Of a DNA stretch of 64,000 nucleotides, positions 40,349 through 49,969 are shown one piece after another. Every line of letters begins with the position of its first letter. The first letter of the stretch is position 1. The DNA is from an uncultured bacterium. GTDB lineage: Bacteria; Chloroflexota; UBA5177; JANWHV01. A program made the position numbers and the translations under genes. The stretch covers positions 288,001-352,000 of the forward strand of contig CAWHAE010000010.1 in assembly GCA_963827235.1 (NCBI GenBank). The letters run 5' to 3'. The notes beneath the pieces are model-generated. The model was not told the origin of the DNA. It saw only the letters and a program-made list of their open reading frames with translations, and did no database searches.

Positions 40349-42544
40349 ATGATCGTGCACATGATCGGCAACTCCCACATCGACCCGGTGTGGCTCTGGA
40401 CCTGGCCGGCTGGGGTCGACGAAGCTCTGGCGACATTCCGCGCTGCCGCGGACCGCTGCGATGAGTATCCGGAATTCGTCTTCACTCGTGGAGAAGCCTG
40501 GCTCTACCGGCAGGTCCAGATGCTGGACCCGGTGCTCTTCGAGCGTGTTCGGTCGCTGGTGGCTCGCGGGCAATGGCACGTTACCGGCGGCCAGGTTGTG
40601 CAGCCGGATCTGAACGTGCCCACCGAGGCCGGCCTGCGCAGACAGTTCCTGCATGGCTTGCGCTATTTCGAAGCGACATTCGGCGTGCGGCCAACAATCG
40701 GGTACAACGTGGATTCGTTCGGCCACCCAGGGACACTGCCCGACATTCTCGCGTCCGCGGGTTTCACCGGCTATGTATTCGGGCGACCCACGAGTGCGGA
40801 CATGCCGCTGCCTGCAATCACCTTCCGATGGCGCGGCTCGGGCGGGACCGAGATTCTTGCTTCGCGCATCACTCCCTGGTACCTAACACGCTACGACGAT
40901 CTCAGTTCTGCGATTCACGATGCGGTCGCGGCCGCTGATAGTGACCTTGGGCACGTCATGTGCTTCTTCGGCGTGGGTAATCACGGTGGGGGACCTACCA
41001 AGGGACAGATCGAGTACATCCTCCGGCACCGCCACGCCTTCGACGGCGTTGAGCTGCGGTTCAGCACGCCCGCGGCGTTCTTCCAGGCAGTCGCACCGCT
41101 GCGCGATCGGATTCCCCTGATCACGACGGACCTGCAGCTGACGCCACCCGGCGTATACAGCCTGATGCAGGACATCAAGCAGGAGCAGCGGCGCGGCGAG
41201 CACCTGCTCGCGCAGTGCGACAGGTTGATCGAGCAATTGGCCGGCGATGATGCGGCCCAAGCGACTCTCCGTTGTAGGCTGGACGCGGCCTGGGAGGATC
41301 TGGTTTTCACGCAGTTCCACGACATTCTGGGCGGGTCATCGATTCCGTCCGCATGGAGAGCCACGCGCGCCACCCAAGGCAGAGCGCGGATGACCGGCGA
41401 GGAGATAGCGACGGAGGTGACCAGACGATGGGCACGCCGGGACCTGCCTCCCGTGAACAATCAGCAGATCGTCGTCTACAACCCGGACAGCGAGCAGTGG
41501 ACGGGTATCGTGGAGGCGGAGCCATGGCTTGACTTTGAGTACTGGGGGGAGCGCTGGCTGTCCGACATGGACGGTCACCAAATCCCGTGGCAGCTTGTGC
41601 AGGCAGAATCGCCGCAGTTGGTGCCGGGCATCCTATTTCCTGCCAGGCTCGAGCCCGCCGGCCACACACTCGTCCAGATCCGCTCGGAAGTGCGATCCGA
41701 AGTAGAATACATGTCCTCTGATCTGCATGCCTCCACGACGTCGATGAGTAATAGCCAGATTGAGATGACCCTCGGTCCCGCCGGCCTGCAGGCAATCCGT
41801 GTCAAGGGTCTGGAGATGCTCGCCGGCGAGGGTATGGCGCTAGAGATGCGCGAAGACCTGACCGATTGTTGGAGCTTCGGCGCCGGCAGCTACCGGGACC
41901 CGGTGGTTGGGGCGCTCAGGACCGACGGCGAGTGGGTTGTGGCCGAACGAGGACCGTTGCGCGCACGCGCCTTTGTGGAAGGCTGGATCGGCAGTTCGAG
42001 GGTACGCTGGACCGTCTCGCTTCCGCGCGATAGCGCCCAATTCCTCATGGAGCTGGAAGTGCTGTTTGCCGAACGCAATCGCGCCCTCCAACTCAAGGTG
42101 CCACTTGCCTGGCAGCCGTCTCGCTGGGTCACCGGACTGCCGGGCGGGCAAATGGGGCGTGACTCGGGAGCCCGTGAGTGGCCCATGCACGCCTGGGCGC
42201 GCTCGGCGGGCGTAGAGCAGCGCGTTGCCGTGGTTAGTCACGATTGCTATAGCGCCAGTCTGGAAGACGGGTGCTGGCGGTTCACGCTGTTGCGGAGTCC
42301 GCGGATGGCGAATCTACAGGGCAGCTGGGAATCCGAGGTGCCTGAGCCCAACTCGCAGCGCGCGTGGCATACCGACCAGGGCAACCACACGTTTGCGTTC
42401 ATCGTGCTCTGCGGTGGCGACCTATCGGACCAGTTCCTGCAGCGCACGGCACGGCAGACGGCACAGCCGCCCATCGTCTTCAACCGCTATGAAGGTCTGG
42501 ACCGGCCCCCGTGGGGCAGTGTGCCGCCCAAGCACCTGCGCTAA
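40349..42544 (+). CDS. GH38 alpha-mannosidase family glycoside hydrolase
   Basis: HMIGNSHIDPVWLW, DSFGH, GVGNHGGGPT, QFHDILGGSSI, FTLLRSP, TDQGNH. Confidence 0.93.
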   Translation: MIVHMIGNSHIDPVWLWTWPAGVDEALATFRAAADRCDEYPEFVFTRGEAWLYRQVQMLDPVLFERVRSLVARGQWHVTGGQVVQPDLNVPTEAGLRRQFLHGLRYFEATFGVRPTIGYNVDSFGHPGTLPDILASAGFTGYVFGRPTSADMPLPAITFRWRGSGGTEILASRITPWYLTRYDDLSSAIHDAVAAADSDLGHVMCFFGVGNHGGGPTKGQIEYILRHRHAFDGVELRFSTPAAFFQAVAPLRDRIPLITTDLQLTPPGVYSLMQDIKQEQRRGEHLLAQCDRLIEQLAGDDAAQATLRCRLDAAWEDLVFTQFHDILGGSSIPSAWRATRATQGRARMTGEEIATEVTRRWARRDLPPVNNQQIVVYNPDSEQWTGIVEAEPWLDFEYWGERWLSDMDGHQIPWQLVQAESPQLVPGILFPARLEPAGHTLVQIRSEVRSEVEYMSSDLHASTTSMSNSQIEMTLGPAGLQAIRVKGLEMLAGEGMALEMREDLTDCWSFGAGSYRDPVVGALRTDGEWVVAERGPLRARAFVEGWIGSSRVRWTVSLPRDSAQFLMELEVLFAERNRALQLKVPLAWQPSRWVTGLPGGQMGRDSGAREWPMHAWARSAGVEQRVAVVSHDCYSASLEDGCWRFTLLRSPRMANLQGSWESEVPEPNSQRAWHTDQGNHTFAFIVLCGGDLSDQFLQRTARQTAQPPIVFNRYEGLDRPPWGSVPPKHLR

Positions 42545-42548
42545 CTGC

Positions 42549-42848
42549 TAGCACAGCGGCGCTCGGCCTGGCGGTCAGTCCCGACGGCACGCTGCTGGCC
42601 ACCGGGGACGGGTACGGGATGGTCCAGGTGTGGGACCTGGACCCCACGACGCTGGCGCAGCGCGCCTGCCGCGTTGCCAGTCGCAACCTGACGCGCGCGG
42701 AGTGGCGGGCCTATCTGGGCGACCTCCCCTATCAGAGGACCTGCCCCGGCTTGCCCGCGGGGACATGAGCGGCCGACCATCACGATTGGTCTGCTGGATC
42801 TCCTGCCGATCGCCGCCGCGCGCACTGCCCGCGGTCGCGATCATGAAA
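42549..42848 (+). repeat. 300-bp direct repeat copy 1 (orphan copy of the 3' end of the WD40 gene plus downstream DNA)
   Basis: Aligns to 48478-48777 (offset 5929) with about 8 substitutions by manual count. Encodes STAALGLAVSPDG...RNLTRAEWRAYLGDLPYQRTCPGLPAGT*. Confidence 0.95.
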
Positions 42849-42849
42849 C

Positions 42850-42935
42850 CCGAGGAGGCCCTGAAACGCCGTCTGTCGCGCCAGCATGTGGTACATGGTG
42901 ACCAGTATGGTCTGCGCCACGGCCAGCGAAGGAGT
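42850..42935 (-). mobile_element. IS110-family transposase C-terminal remnant
   Basis: LAVAQTILVTMYHMLARQTAFQ resembles the IS110 C-terminal motif AVAH.ILV..YH.L.R...Y. It abuts repeat copy 1. Confidence 0.55.
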
Positions 42936-43436
42936 GCCTATCCGCGTCAGGACGTCGGCCTCTGTAGACACCTATGCCTGAAGCGGACTCATCAAAGACA
43001 ACGGCCCCGGTCTCGCGCCAAGCATGTGGTTGCACCACGTTGCGCTTCCATAGTGAGCAAGCGCGGCATCGTATTTGCATGCAAGCGTCCGGCTGAACCG
43101 CGAGAGGTCTGGACACCCCCGCAGTGGGTGCGGAAGTGACAGATGAAGAGCACGCGATGGGCGCAAGTGTGCCGTCGGCGCGCGCAAGGACTTCGAAGTC
43201 CTTGCGCAGGGCGCGGCGGCCTGGGAGCGAGCTCCTACTGTCACTGGTGAACGTGTGAGCGGTTGGCGTTGGCGGGCGGCACGGGCTTCGGCAGCATGAG
43301 CTTGTGTGGGTCGGCGCGCTCTGTTTGCCACGGGGCCGTAGCCGGTAGAGCGGATAGCCGGTGCTACCCCTGACCCTGAACGCGCTGCTGGTCAGCGCGG
43401 CCCCGGCTGTCATCGCCCCGCGGGCGGCTACTCGCC

Positions 43437-43757
43437 TCAGTGCCAAAGGGGACAGAGCAGCATGGTGCCGTACCCTGGCCGCGTGCAGGCCGCGAGCGCG
43501 CTCAGGTGGCCCGCCGGCAACTGCACCGAGATCTGCCCGCTTGCGGCCGGGAGCAGAACCCGGTTGCCGAGCGGGTTGAAGCTGCAGGCGACCGGCTGCC
43601 CGCCGGAGAACGTCAAGGGCTCGGGAAAGACGCTGCAGTAAGAGGTGGCGGCGCGTATGGGAGCCGGGTCATGCGCTGCGAGGGCGGGGCTGGCCAGTAG
43701 CCCGGCAGCGAGCAAAGTGGCCAGCGCACGTCGGCTGGGGCGAAGCGTCAAGTTCAT
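43437..43757 (-). CDS. Small secreted Cys-containing hypothetical protein
   Basis: RBS GAAAGGA. Signal peptide PSRRALATLLAAGLLASPALA; four Cys. May be truncated by a frameshift. Confidence 0.55.
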   Translation of the reverse strand: MNLTLRPSRRALATLLAAGLLASPALAAHDPAPIRAATSYCSVFPEPLTFSGGQPVACSFNPLGNRVLLPAASGQISVQLPAGHLSALAACTRPGYGTMLLCPLWH

Positions 43758-44122
43758 GGTCGGATCCTTTCGTTCTTGTCCTTACGGGTGCCGCATGGTG
43801 GTGATCCACCGGGCATCCGTCGTCGCCGTGGGTCATGCGGTGCAGCTGCTGCCTCCCGCTCCCAACGCGGTCTGGCCTCCTTCGACTGATCCTCCTTTCC
43901 CTCGTCTTGCTGGTCGGCTTGGCACGCCCGGCTTGGCAGGAGTACTGCCCGGGACCCTGCGACCAGTCTGCGCTCACCGGCCGGCCCCAACCACGCAAAA
44001 CCGGCAACGCGACCGGCAAGAGCATCGGCAAGTCTTCCACGGTGTGCTATGCTCGTGCCTGTAGGGCGGAAACGGCCGGTGCACCGCTGCCCCGCTGGGC
44101 GGCAGAGGGACGGGCAGGCGCC

Positions 44123-47100
44123 GTGACCACGCTGTCGGGACCCTCCGAGGACGGGCGCCCGTCTGAGCAGGCGTTCGGCACGCTGTTGCGCGGCTACCGG
44201 CATGCCGCGGGGCTGACTCAGGAAGAGCTGGCCGAGCGGGCCGGTCTCGGAGTGCGCAGCATCAGCGACCTGGAGCGAGGTGCGCCGCACGCGCCGCGCA
44301 AGGACACCGTGGCCCTGCTGGCGGAGGCTTTGGCCCTTGGATTTGCTGAGCGCCGAGCCTTCGAGGCGGCAGCGCGCCGCCTCAGTCGCCCCCCCGTACC
44401 CGACGGAGCAGCTGCCGTAGAGCGGCCCGCGATCTTCGTGTGCTACGCAGGCGAAGATCGCGCCTTCGTGGAACGCCTGCGTGCCGACCTCACCAAGCGC
44501 GGCCTCGCCGACTGGGAGGGACCCCACGGTGCGCCTCCGGGCACCGCCGACTGGGAAGAGGCTGTCCGGGAGGGCATCCGCGCCTGCCAGGCCGTGGTGC
44601 TGGTCGCCTCGCCGGCGGCGCGCCTCTCACGCTTCGTTAAGGGCGAGCTGGCCGTGGCCGAGATGTATCGCCGCCCGATTGTGCCGATCTGGGCCGCCGG
44701 GGAGCAGTGGCTGGACTGCGTGCCGCTCGTCCTGAGCACCGCCCAGTACGTCGATGCCCGCGATCCGCGCTACTCCCAGGCGGTTGAGGAAGCTGCCGCA
44801 GTGCTGAGCGCGCTGGTCGCCGCCATCCCCACCACTGCGCTGAGCAGGCCGGCCGCCGACCGCTCAGGCACTCCGGCGGCCGCGGTGCGCCCGGTTTCCC
44901 CACGCAACCCGTACAAGGGGCTGCGCGCGTTCACCGAGGCGGACGCGGACGACTTCTTCGGGCGTTCCGGCCTGGTCGGCGAGCTGCTCGCGGCGGTCGG
45001 CGATGCCGGCGCGGGGCCGCGCTTCTTGGCCGTGGTCGGCCCCAGCGGCTCGGGCAAGTCCAGTGTCGTGCTGGCCGGCCTCCTGCCTCGCCTGCGGGCC
45101 GGCGCCCTCCCAGGCAGCGCGGGTTGGACCTACCTGCCGCCGCTGCTGCCGGGCGCCCACCCGCTGGAGGCGCTCACTGTTGCCCTGGGCGCCGCCCTGC
45201 CCCTGAGCCTCGCCACGCTGCGCGCCGACCTGGATGCCTCGGAGCGTGGCCTGCACCTGCTGGCGGCCCGCCTCGTGCCCCAGGCAGGCGGCCTCGTGGT
45301 GCTCGTGGTCGACCAGGCCGAGGAGCTGTTCACCCTGACGGCAGAGGAGGAGGAGCGGGAGCAGTTCTTCGCCCTGCTGACGACGGCCGCCGGCGAGCCG
45401 CAGGGCCGCACGCTGGTCGTGCTGACCCTGCGCGCCGACTTCTACGACCGCCCCCTGGCCTACCCGGCGCTCGGCCGGCTGCTGGAGGGGCACAGCAAGG
45501 CGGTGCTGCCCATGGGGCTTGCCGACCTGCGCGCGGCCATCGAGGGACCCGCCGGCCTGGCCGATGTGGGACTGCACTTTGAGGAGCGCCTGGTGGGGGA
45601 CCTGCTCTACGAGGTAGGTGGCCAGCCGGGGGCCCTGCCCCTCCTGCAGTTCACGCTCGATCAGCTCTTCGAGCGACGGCAGGACCACCTGCTGACCCAG
45701 GCGGTCTACGCGGAGCTGGGAGGGGTGCGCGGCGCGCTGGCCCGGCAGGCCGAGCGCACCTACACGCTGCTGCCGTCGGCTGAGCACGGCCGGATGGCCC
45801 GCGCGCTGTTCCTGCGGCTGATCGAGCCGGGGGCCACCGAGCAAGACACCGTCCGCCGCCGCGCCCTGCTGAGCGAGCTGGAGCTGGCCGACCGGCGGCA
45901 GACGGCACTGCTGCGCGCGGTGGTCGATGCCTTCGTGGGGGCCCGGCTGCTCACCACGGCGGAGCATGGGGGCACGACCACCGTGGAGGTGAGCCACGAG
46001 GCGCTGATCCGGGAATGGCAACGGCTGGCGGCCTGGCTGCACGAAGCACGCGAGGACATCCGGCTGCAAGAGGCGATCAGCGCGGATGCGGCGGCATGGG
46101 TCCGGCGGGGCCGTCCGCCCGACAGCCTGTATCGGGGCAGCGTGCTGCAGGAGGCACGGACCTGGGCGGCGCGGAACGTGGCGAGCGCGGAGGAGGTGGC
46201 CTTTCTGGAAGCGGGGGTGGCCGAGGCAGAGCGCCGGGAGGCGGCTGAGCGCGATTCACAGGCGCGCGAGCTGCACCTGGCCCAGGAAGCAGCTGCCGCG
46301 GCCCAGCAGACGGCAGCGGCCAATCGGCGCACCGCCGTACGGTCGCGCGCACTGGCAGGGATGCTGGCACTCTTCCTGCTGGTGTCTGCTGGCCTGAGTG
46401 TGTACGCCTTCAACAAGGCCTCGGATGCCAGCCAGGCCAGGACACGCGCGGCGGCCAGCGCCCGTGAAGCCCAGGCCAATGCACGCGCCGCGAGTCTGGC
46501 CCGTACCACGGCGCTCGGCGAGCGGACCACCGCCCTGGCCGCACTGTCCCGCGAATTGACGCTGCGCGCCGCTGAGTTGCTGGGGAGCCGGACAGGCAGT
46601 CAGACGCAGCTTGCCCTGTTGTTGAGCGCGGAAGCCCTGCACTTGAGCAGCTCAGCAGAGGCGCAGATCAACGTAGTCAGTTTCATCAACCACAACCCAC
46701 GGGTGCGGTCAGTTCTCGGCCCGCAGACCGGCGCCGTGGAGAGCGTGGCCTTCAGCCCCGACGGCACATGGCTGGTCTCACGCAGCAACGTGGGCACGGT
46801 CCAACTGTGGGACGTGGCCGGCGGCCAACCCCTGGCCGCACCCCTCAGCGTGTCCACAAGCACGGTCGAGAGCGTGACCGTCAGCCCCGACGGGAAGACC
46901 CTGGCCCTGAGCAGCGTCGACGGCACCCTGCGGTTCTGGGATGTGGCCCGCCGCCTGCCACACGGCCCGCCCCTCAGGGGGCACATCTTTGGGGATACCC
47001 TGGCCTTCAGCTCCGACGGCACGCTACTCGCCTGCGGCAATGCCGATGGCACGATTCAGGTGTGGGACGTGGTCCGCCTCCAACGCCTTGGCCCGCCCCT

Positions 47101-48697
47101 CGCCGGGCACACCGGCTCCGTGAACAGCATCGCCTTTAGCCCCGACGGCAAGACCCTGGCCTCCGGCGGTGCCGACAACACCATCCGGTTCTGGGACGTG
47201 GCCCGCCGTCAACCCTTGGGTCCGCCCCTCACCGGGCACGCCGGCTCCGTGAACAGCGTCGCCTTCAGCCCCGACGGCAAGACCCTGGCCTCAGGCAGCC
47301 ACGACGACACGATCCGGTTCTGGGACGTGGCCCGCCATCAACCCTTGGGCCAACCGCTGACAGGAGACACCGGCGCAGTGGAGAGCGTGGCCTTCAGCCC
47401 CGACGGCAAGACCATTGCCTCCGGCAGTGCCGACAACACTATCCGGCTGTGGGACGTTGCCCGCCGCCAACCCATGGGTCCGCCCCTCACCGGGCACACC
47501 GGCCCCGTGAACAGCATCGCCTTCAGCCCCGACGGCTCGGCCCTCGTCTCGGGCAGTGCCGACAACACCATCCGGCTCTGGGACGCGGCTGGTCCGCCGT
47601 CGCTTGGTGTGTCCCTGCCCCTCGCCGGGACCACACATGGTGTGAATTCCCTGGCCTTCAGCCCCGACGGCAGGCTGCTGGCCTCCGGCAACATGGACGC
47701 GACCGTCCGGCTGTGGGACATGGCCAGCCGGCACCAGCGGGGTGCCCCCCTCACCGGGCTGACGGGCTTTGTGAACGGCGTGGCCTTCAGCCCCGACGGC
47801 ACGCTGGTGGCCGCCGGCAGCAGGGACGATCACGTTCAGTTCTGGGACGTGGCCAGCGGGCGCCCGCTAGGCGTTCCACTCACCGCGAACACAAACAGCT
47901 TTGGGTATCTGACAGCCGTCAGATTAGGTGGTGTCGATGCCGTGGCCTTCAGCCCCGATGGCACGCTGCTGGCCACCTCCAGCGACGACGGCGAGATCCG
48001 GTTGTGGGACGTGGCCCGCCGCCGGCTTCGCGGGGCGCCCCTCGTCACCAATGGCCAGATTCCGGTGGAGAGTATCACCTTCAGCCCCGACGGGAAGACC
48101 CTCGCCTCCGGCAGCGAAGACGGCACCCTGCGCTTCTGGGACATAGCCCGCCGCCGGCAACTCGGCGCGACCCTGATTGCCAGGGTCGCGCAGGGGGTGG
48201 AAAGTGTCGCCTTCAGCTCCGACGGGAAGACCCTGGCCTCCGGCAGCGATGACGGCACCGTCCAGTTGTGGGACGTGGCCAGCGGGCAGCGGCTCGGCCT
48301 CTCGCTCACAGGGCCCACACAGGCAGTGGCGAACGTGGCCTTCAGCCACGATGGCACGTGGCTGGCCGCGGGCAGCAAGGATGGCACCATCTGGTGCTGG
48401 GACGTGGCCAGCGGCCAACCGTTGGGCGCTCCGCTCATCGCCATCGCCGTGACTCCCTCGAAGGTAGGCGTTTTCATTAGCACGGCGGCGCTCGGCCTGG
48501 CGGTCAGTCCCGACGGCACGCTGCTGGCCACGGGGGACGGGTACGGGATGGTCCAGTTGTGGGACCTGGACCCCACGACGCTGGCGCAGCGCGCCTGCCG
48601 CATTGCCAGTCGCAACCTGACGCGCGCGGAGTGGCGGGCCTATCTGGGCGACCTCCCCTATCAGAAGACCTGCCCCGGCTTGCCCGCGGGGACATGA
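44123..48697 (+). CDS. NLR-like protein: XRE HTH - TIR - nSTAND1 NTPase - TM - WD40 repeats
   Basis: HTH FGTLLRGYRHAAGLTQEELAERAGL; TIR IFVCYAGEDRAFVERL...SRFVKGEL; NPYKGLRAF...FFGR; Walker A GPSGSGKSS; Walker B LVVDQAEELFT; ALPLLQFTL; EVSHEALIREW; TM segment; about 14 WD40 repeats; C-terminal RNLTRAEW. Confidence 0.93.
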   Translation: MTTLSGPSEDGRPSEQAFGTLLRGYRHAAGLTQEELAERAGLGVRSISDLERGAPHAPRKDTVALLAEALALGFAERRAFEAAARRLSRPPVPDGAAAVERPAIFVCYAGEDRAFVERLRADLTKRGLADWEGPHGAPPGTADWEEAVREGIRACQAVVLVASPAARLSRFVKGELAVAEMYRRPIVPIWAAGEQWLDCVPLVLSTAQYVDARDPRYSQAVEEAAAVLSALVAAIPTTALSRPAADRSGTPAAAVRPVSPRNPYKGLRAFTEADADDFFGRSGLVGELLAAVGDAGAGPRFLAVVGPSGSGKSSVVLAGLLPRLRAGALPGSAGWTYLPPLLPGAHPLEALTVALGAALPLSLATLRADLDASERGLHLLAARLVPQAGGLVVLVVDQAEELFTLTAEEEEREQFFALLTTAAGEPQGRTLVVLTLRADFYDRPLAYPALGRLLEGHSKAVLPMGLADLRAAIEGPAGLADVGLHFEERLVGDLLYEVGGQPGALPLLQFTLDQLFERRQDHLLTQAVYAELGGVRGALARQAERTYTLLPSAEHGRMARALFLRLIEPGATEQDTVRRRALLSELELADRRQTALLRAVVDAFVGARLLTTAEHGGTTTVEVSHEALIREWQRLAAWLHEAREDIRLQEAISADAAAWVRRGRPPDSLYRGSVLQEARTWAARNVASAEEVAFLEAGVAEAERREAAERDSQARELHLAQEAAAAAQQTAAANRRTAVRSRALAGMLALFLLVSAGLSVYAFNKASDASQARTRAAASAREAQANARAASLARTTALGERTTALAALSRELTLRAAELLGSRTGSQTQLALLLSAEALHLSSSAEAQINVVSFINHNPRVRSVLGPQTGAVESVAFSPDGTWLVSRSNVGTVQLWDVAGGQPLAAPLSVSTSTVESVTVSPDGKTLALSSVDGTLRFWDVARRLPHGPPLRGHIFGDTLAFSSDGTLLACGNADGTIQVWDVVRLQRLGPPLAGHTGSVNSIAFSPDGKTLASGGADNTIRFWDVARRQPLGPPLTGHAGSVNSVAFSPDGKTLASGSHDDTIRFWDVARHQPLGQPLTGDTGAVESVAFSPDGKTIASGSADNTIRLWDVARRQPMGPPLTGHTGPVNSIAFSPDGSALVSGSADNTIRLWDAAGPPSLGVSLPLAGTTHGVNSLAFSPDGRLLASGNMDATVRLWDMASRHQRGAPLTGLTGFVNGVAFSPDGTLVAAGSRDDHVQFWDVASGRPLGVPLTANTNSFGYLTAVRLGGVDAVAFSPDGTLLATSSDDGEIRLWDVARRRLRGAPLVTNGQIPVESITFSPDGKTLASGSEDGTLRFWDIARRRQLGATLIARVAQGVESVAFSSDGKTLASGSDDGTVQLWDVASGQRLGLSLTGPTQAVANVAFSHDGTWLAAGSKDGTIWCWDVASGQPLGAPLIAIAVTPSKVGVFISTAALGLAVSPDGTLLATGDGYGMVQLWDLDPTTLAQRACRIASRNLTRAEWRAYLGDLPYQKTCPGLPAGT
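47095..47600 (+). repeat. Near-identical 129-bp tandem WD40 repeat units
   Basis: For example ggctccgtgaacagc...ctgggacgtggcccgcc..caacccttggg recurs at 47114 and 47243 (period 129 bp = 43 aa). Confidence 0.85.
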
Positions 48698-48777
48698 GCG
48701 GCCGACCATCACGATGGCTCTGCTGGATCTCCTGCCGATCGCCGCCGCGCGCACTGCCCGTGGTCGCGATCATGAAA
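48478..48777 (+). repeat. 300-bp direct repeat copy 2
   Basis: Covers the last 72 codons plus stop of the NLR-like gene and 80 bp of downstream DNA; see copy 1. Confidence 0.95.
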
Positions 48778-48854
48778 TGAGCGCGTGTCGTTGTGGATGA
48801 CGCGCGCACGAATACGTCGCGACCTGCACGCGATGCGCGAGACGCCGTTGGTGC

Positions 48855-48935
48855 ACCGCATTTCGCCGGCGCATCTGCCCCACATCCTCGAGCCGTTCTA
48901 CCGTGCGGATGCAGCGCGTGCTGGCAGTGGCAGCC
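48855..48935 (+). pseudogene. Histidine kinase HATPase micro-fragment
   Basis: ISPAHLPHILEPFYRADAARAGSG matches the F-box/G2 region (GI..EHLPHIF.RFYRAD.AR). Confidence 0.5.
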
Positions 48936-49014
48936 ACGTCGAGCCCGCACGACTGAGTCCTGACTTTCCAGCGGAAGCCACCTCGACCTGCCGGTCTACG
49001 CGTTTCCCGGCTCC

Positions 49015-49455
49015 TCAGCTGGCCTTCCCGAAGTCGGCGGAGAGCCAGGCTTGGGGCTGTAGGCGGATCAGGATGTCTCCTTGCCCCGCCGTGCTCCCCC
49101 CGTTCTGCTCCACCCACTGATCACCGCCCTCAACGCCCAGGTACCGCCGGGCCAGCGGCCGCAGATCGCGCTCCAGGTCGACTGCGTCAACGGCTACGAT
49201 AGGGCCGGAGACGGCGACGTACCGGTACGGTGGCGTCTCATCCTGCACACAAAGGCTGCACCGGCCCGCCTTGCGGAGCGCGTGCGCCTTGCGCGTGGCC
49301 GTGCCCGTGACGATGTGCACCTCGCCACCTGCGGCGTAGCTGTACCACACGGGAACGGCCAGCGGCGCACGGCCGTCTAGCTCGATACTGAGCACTCCGA
49401 CATGTAAATCCGCAAGGAAAGTCTCGCGCTCCTGCCTGGTCATCATCGTAGTCAC
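49015..49455 (-). CDS. Pyridoxamine 5'-phosphate oxidase-like (F420/FMN split-barrel) protein
   Basis: MTRQERETFLADLHVGVLS, PLAVPVWY, SLCVQDETPPYRYV, LARRYLG, WLSADF. RBS GGAGG. Confidence 0.88.
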   Translation of the reverse strand: MTTMMTRQERETFLADLHVGVLSIELDGRAPLAVPVWYSYAAGGEVHIVTGTATRKAHALRKAGRCSLCVQDETPPYRYVAVSGPIVAVDAVDLERDLRPLARRYLGVEGGDQWVEQNGGSTAGQGDILIRLQPQAWLSADFGKAS

Positions 49456-49564
49456 TGCCCATCTCCTCCGCGTGCTGCTCCTGCCCCTGCGTGTCGTCAC
49501 CGCTCCCGCCACGGTAGCTACGACAGTGGCACCATCGCGAGCGCCTGCAGCGCTGCAGGCGGTC

Positions 49565-49969
49565 CTATGCTCCGTCCGGCAAGGTTGCCCGCAGCTCGTA
49601 GTAGTGCTCGCCATTGACGACGTCGATCGCCAACGAGCCTGCCAAACCTGCCAGCTGGCCCGTAGCAGAGTCCGGCACAATGGTCACGAGCAGCGTGGCC
49701 ATGCCGCGAGCCATCGTGCCGGTATGTTGCAGGGCGAACGTGCCGCTCCGCCCGAGCAGCGTGCCCGTCACCCGTTCCATCGCCACGTAGCCGGCTGAAC
49801 CCTCCACACTGGTCGTCATTGCCAGCATCTGCCCGTCACTCGTGCCTGCGAGGTCGCCGAAGAACTGCTTGACGAGCACCATCCGGGCCACAGTCGCCTC
49901 GCCAGCGCTCTTGTCAGCATCGGCAGGTGTGATCGTCACGCTGAACGCGCCTTTGCACGTGATCTCCAC
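49565..49969 (-). CDS. DUF3224 family protein
   Basis: KQFFGDLAGTS.GQML...GSAGYVAMERVTGTLLGRSGTFALQH.G...IVPDS.TGQL.GL.G. Confidence 0.88.
   Translation of the reverse strand: MEITCKGAFSVTITPADADKSAGEATVARMVLVKQFFGDLAGTSDGQMLAMTTSVEGSAGYVAMERVTGTLLGRSGTFALQHTGTMARGMATLLVTIVPDSATGQLAGLAGSLAIDVVNGEHYYELRATLPDGA

Noticed and set aside
46720-48470. CRISPR array
   Set aside because: The periodic repeats are in-frame coding WD40 units (129 bp) without unique spacers, and there are no cas genes. The same applies to the NHL repeats.
42549-48777. Diversity-generating retroelement (TR/VR pair) as an explanation for the 300-bp repeat
   Set aside because: The mismatches are not adenine-specific (A/G, C/G, G/T, G/A, G/A, T/G, G/C, C/T) and no reverse transcriptase is present in the window.
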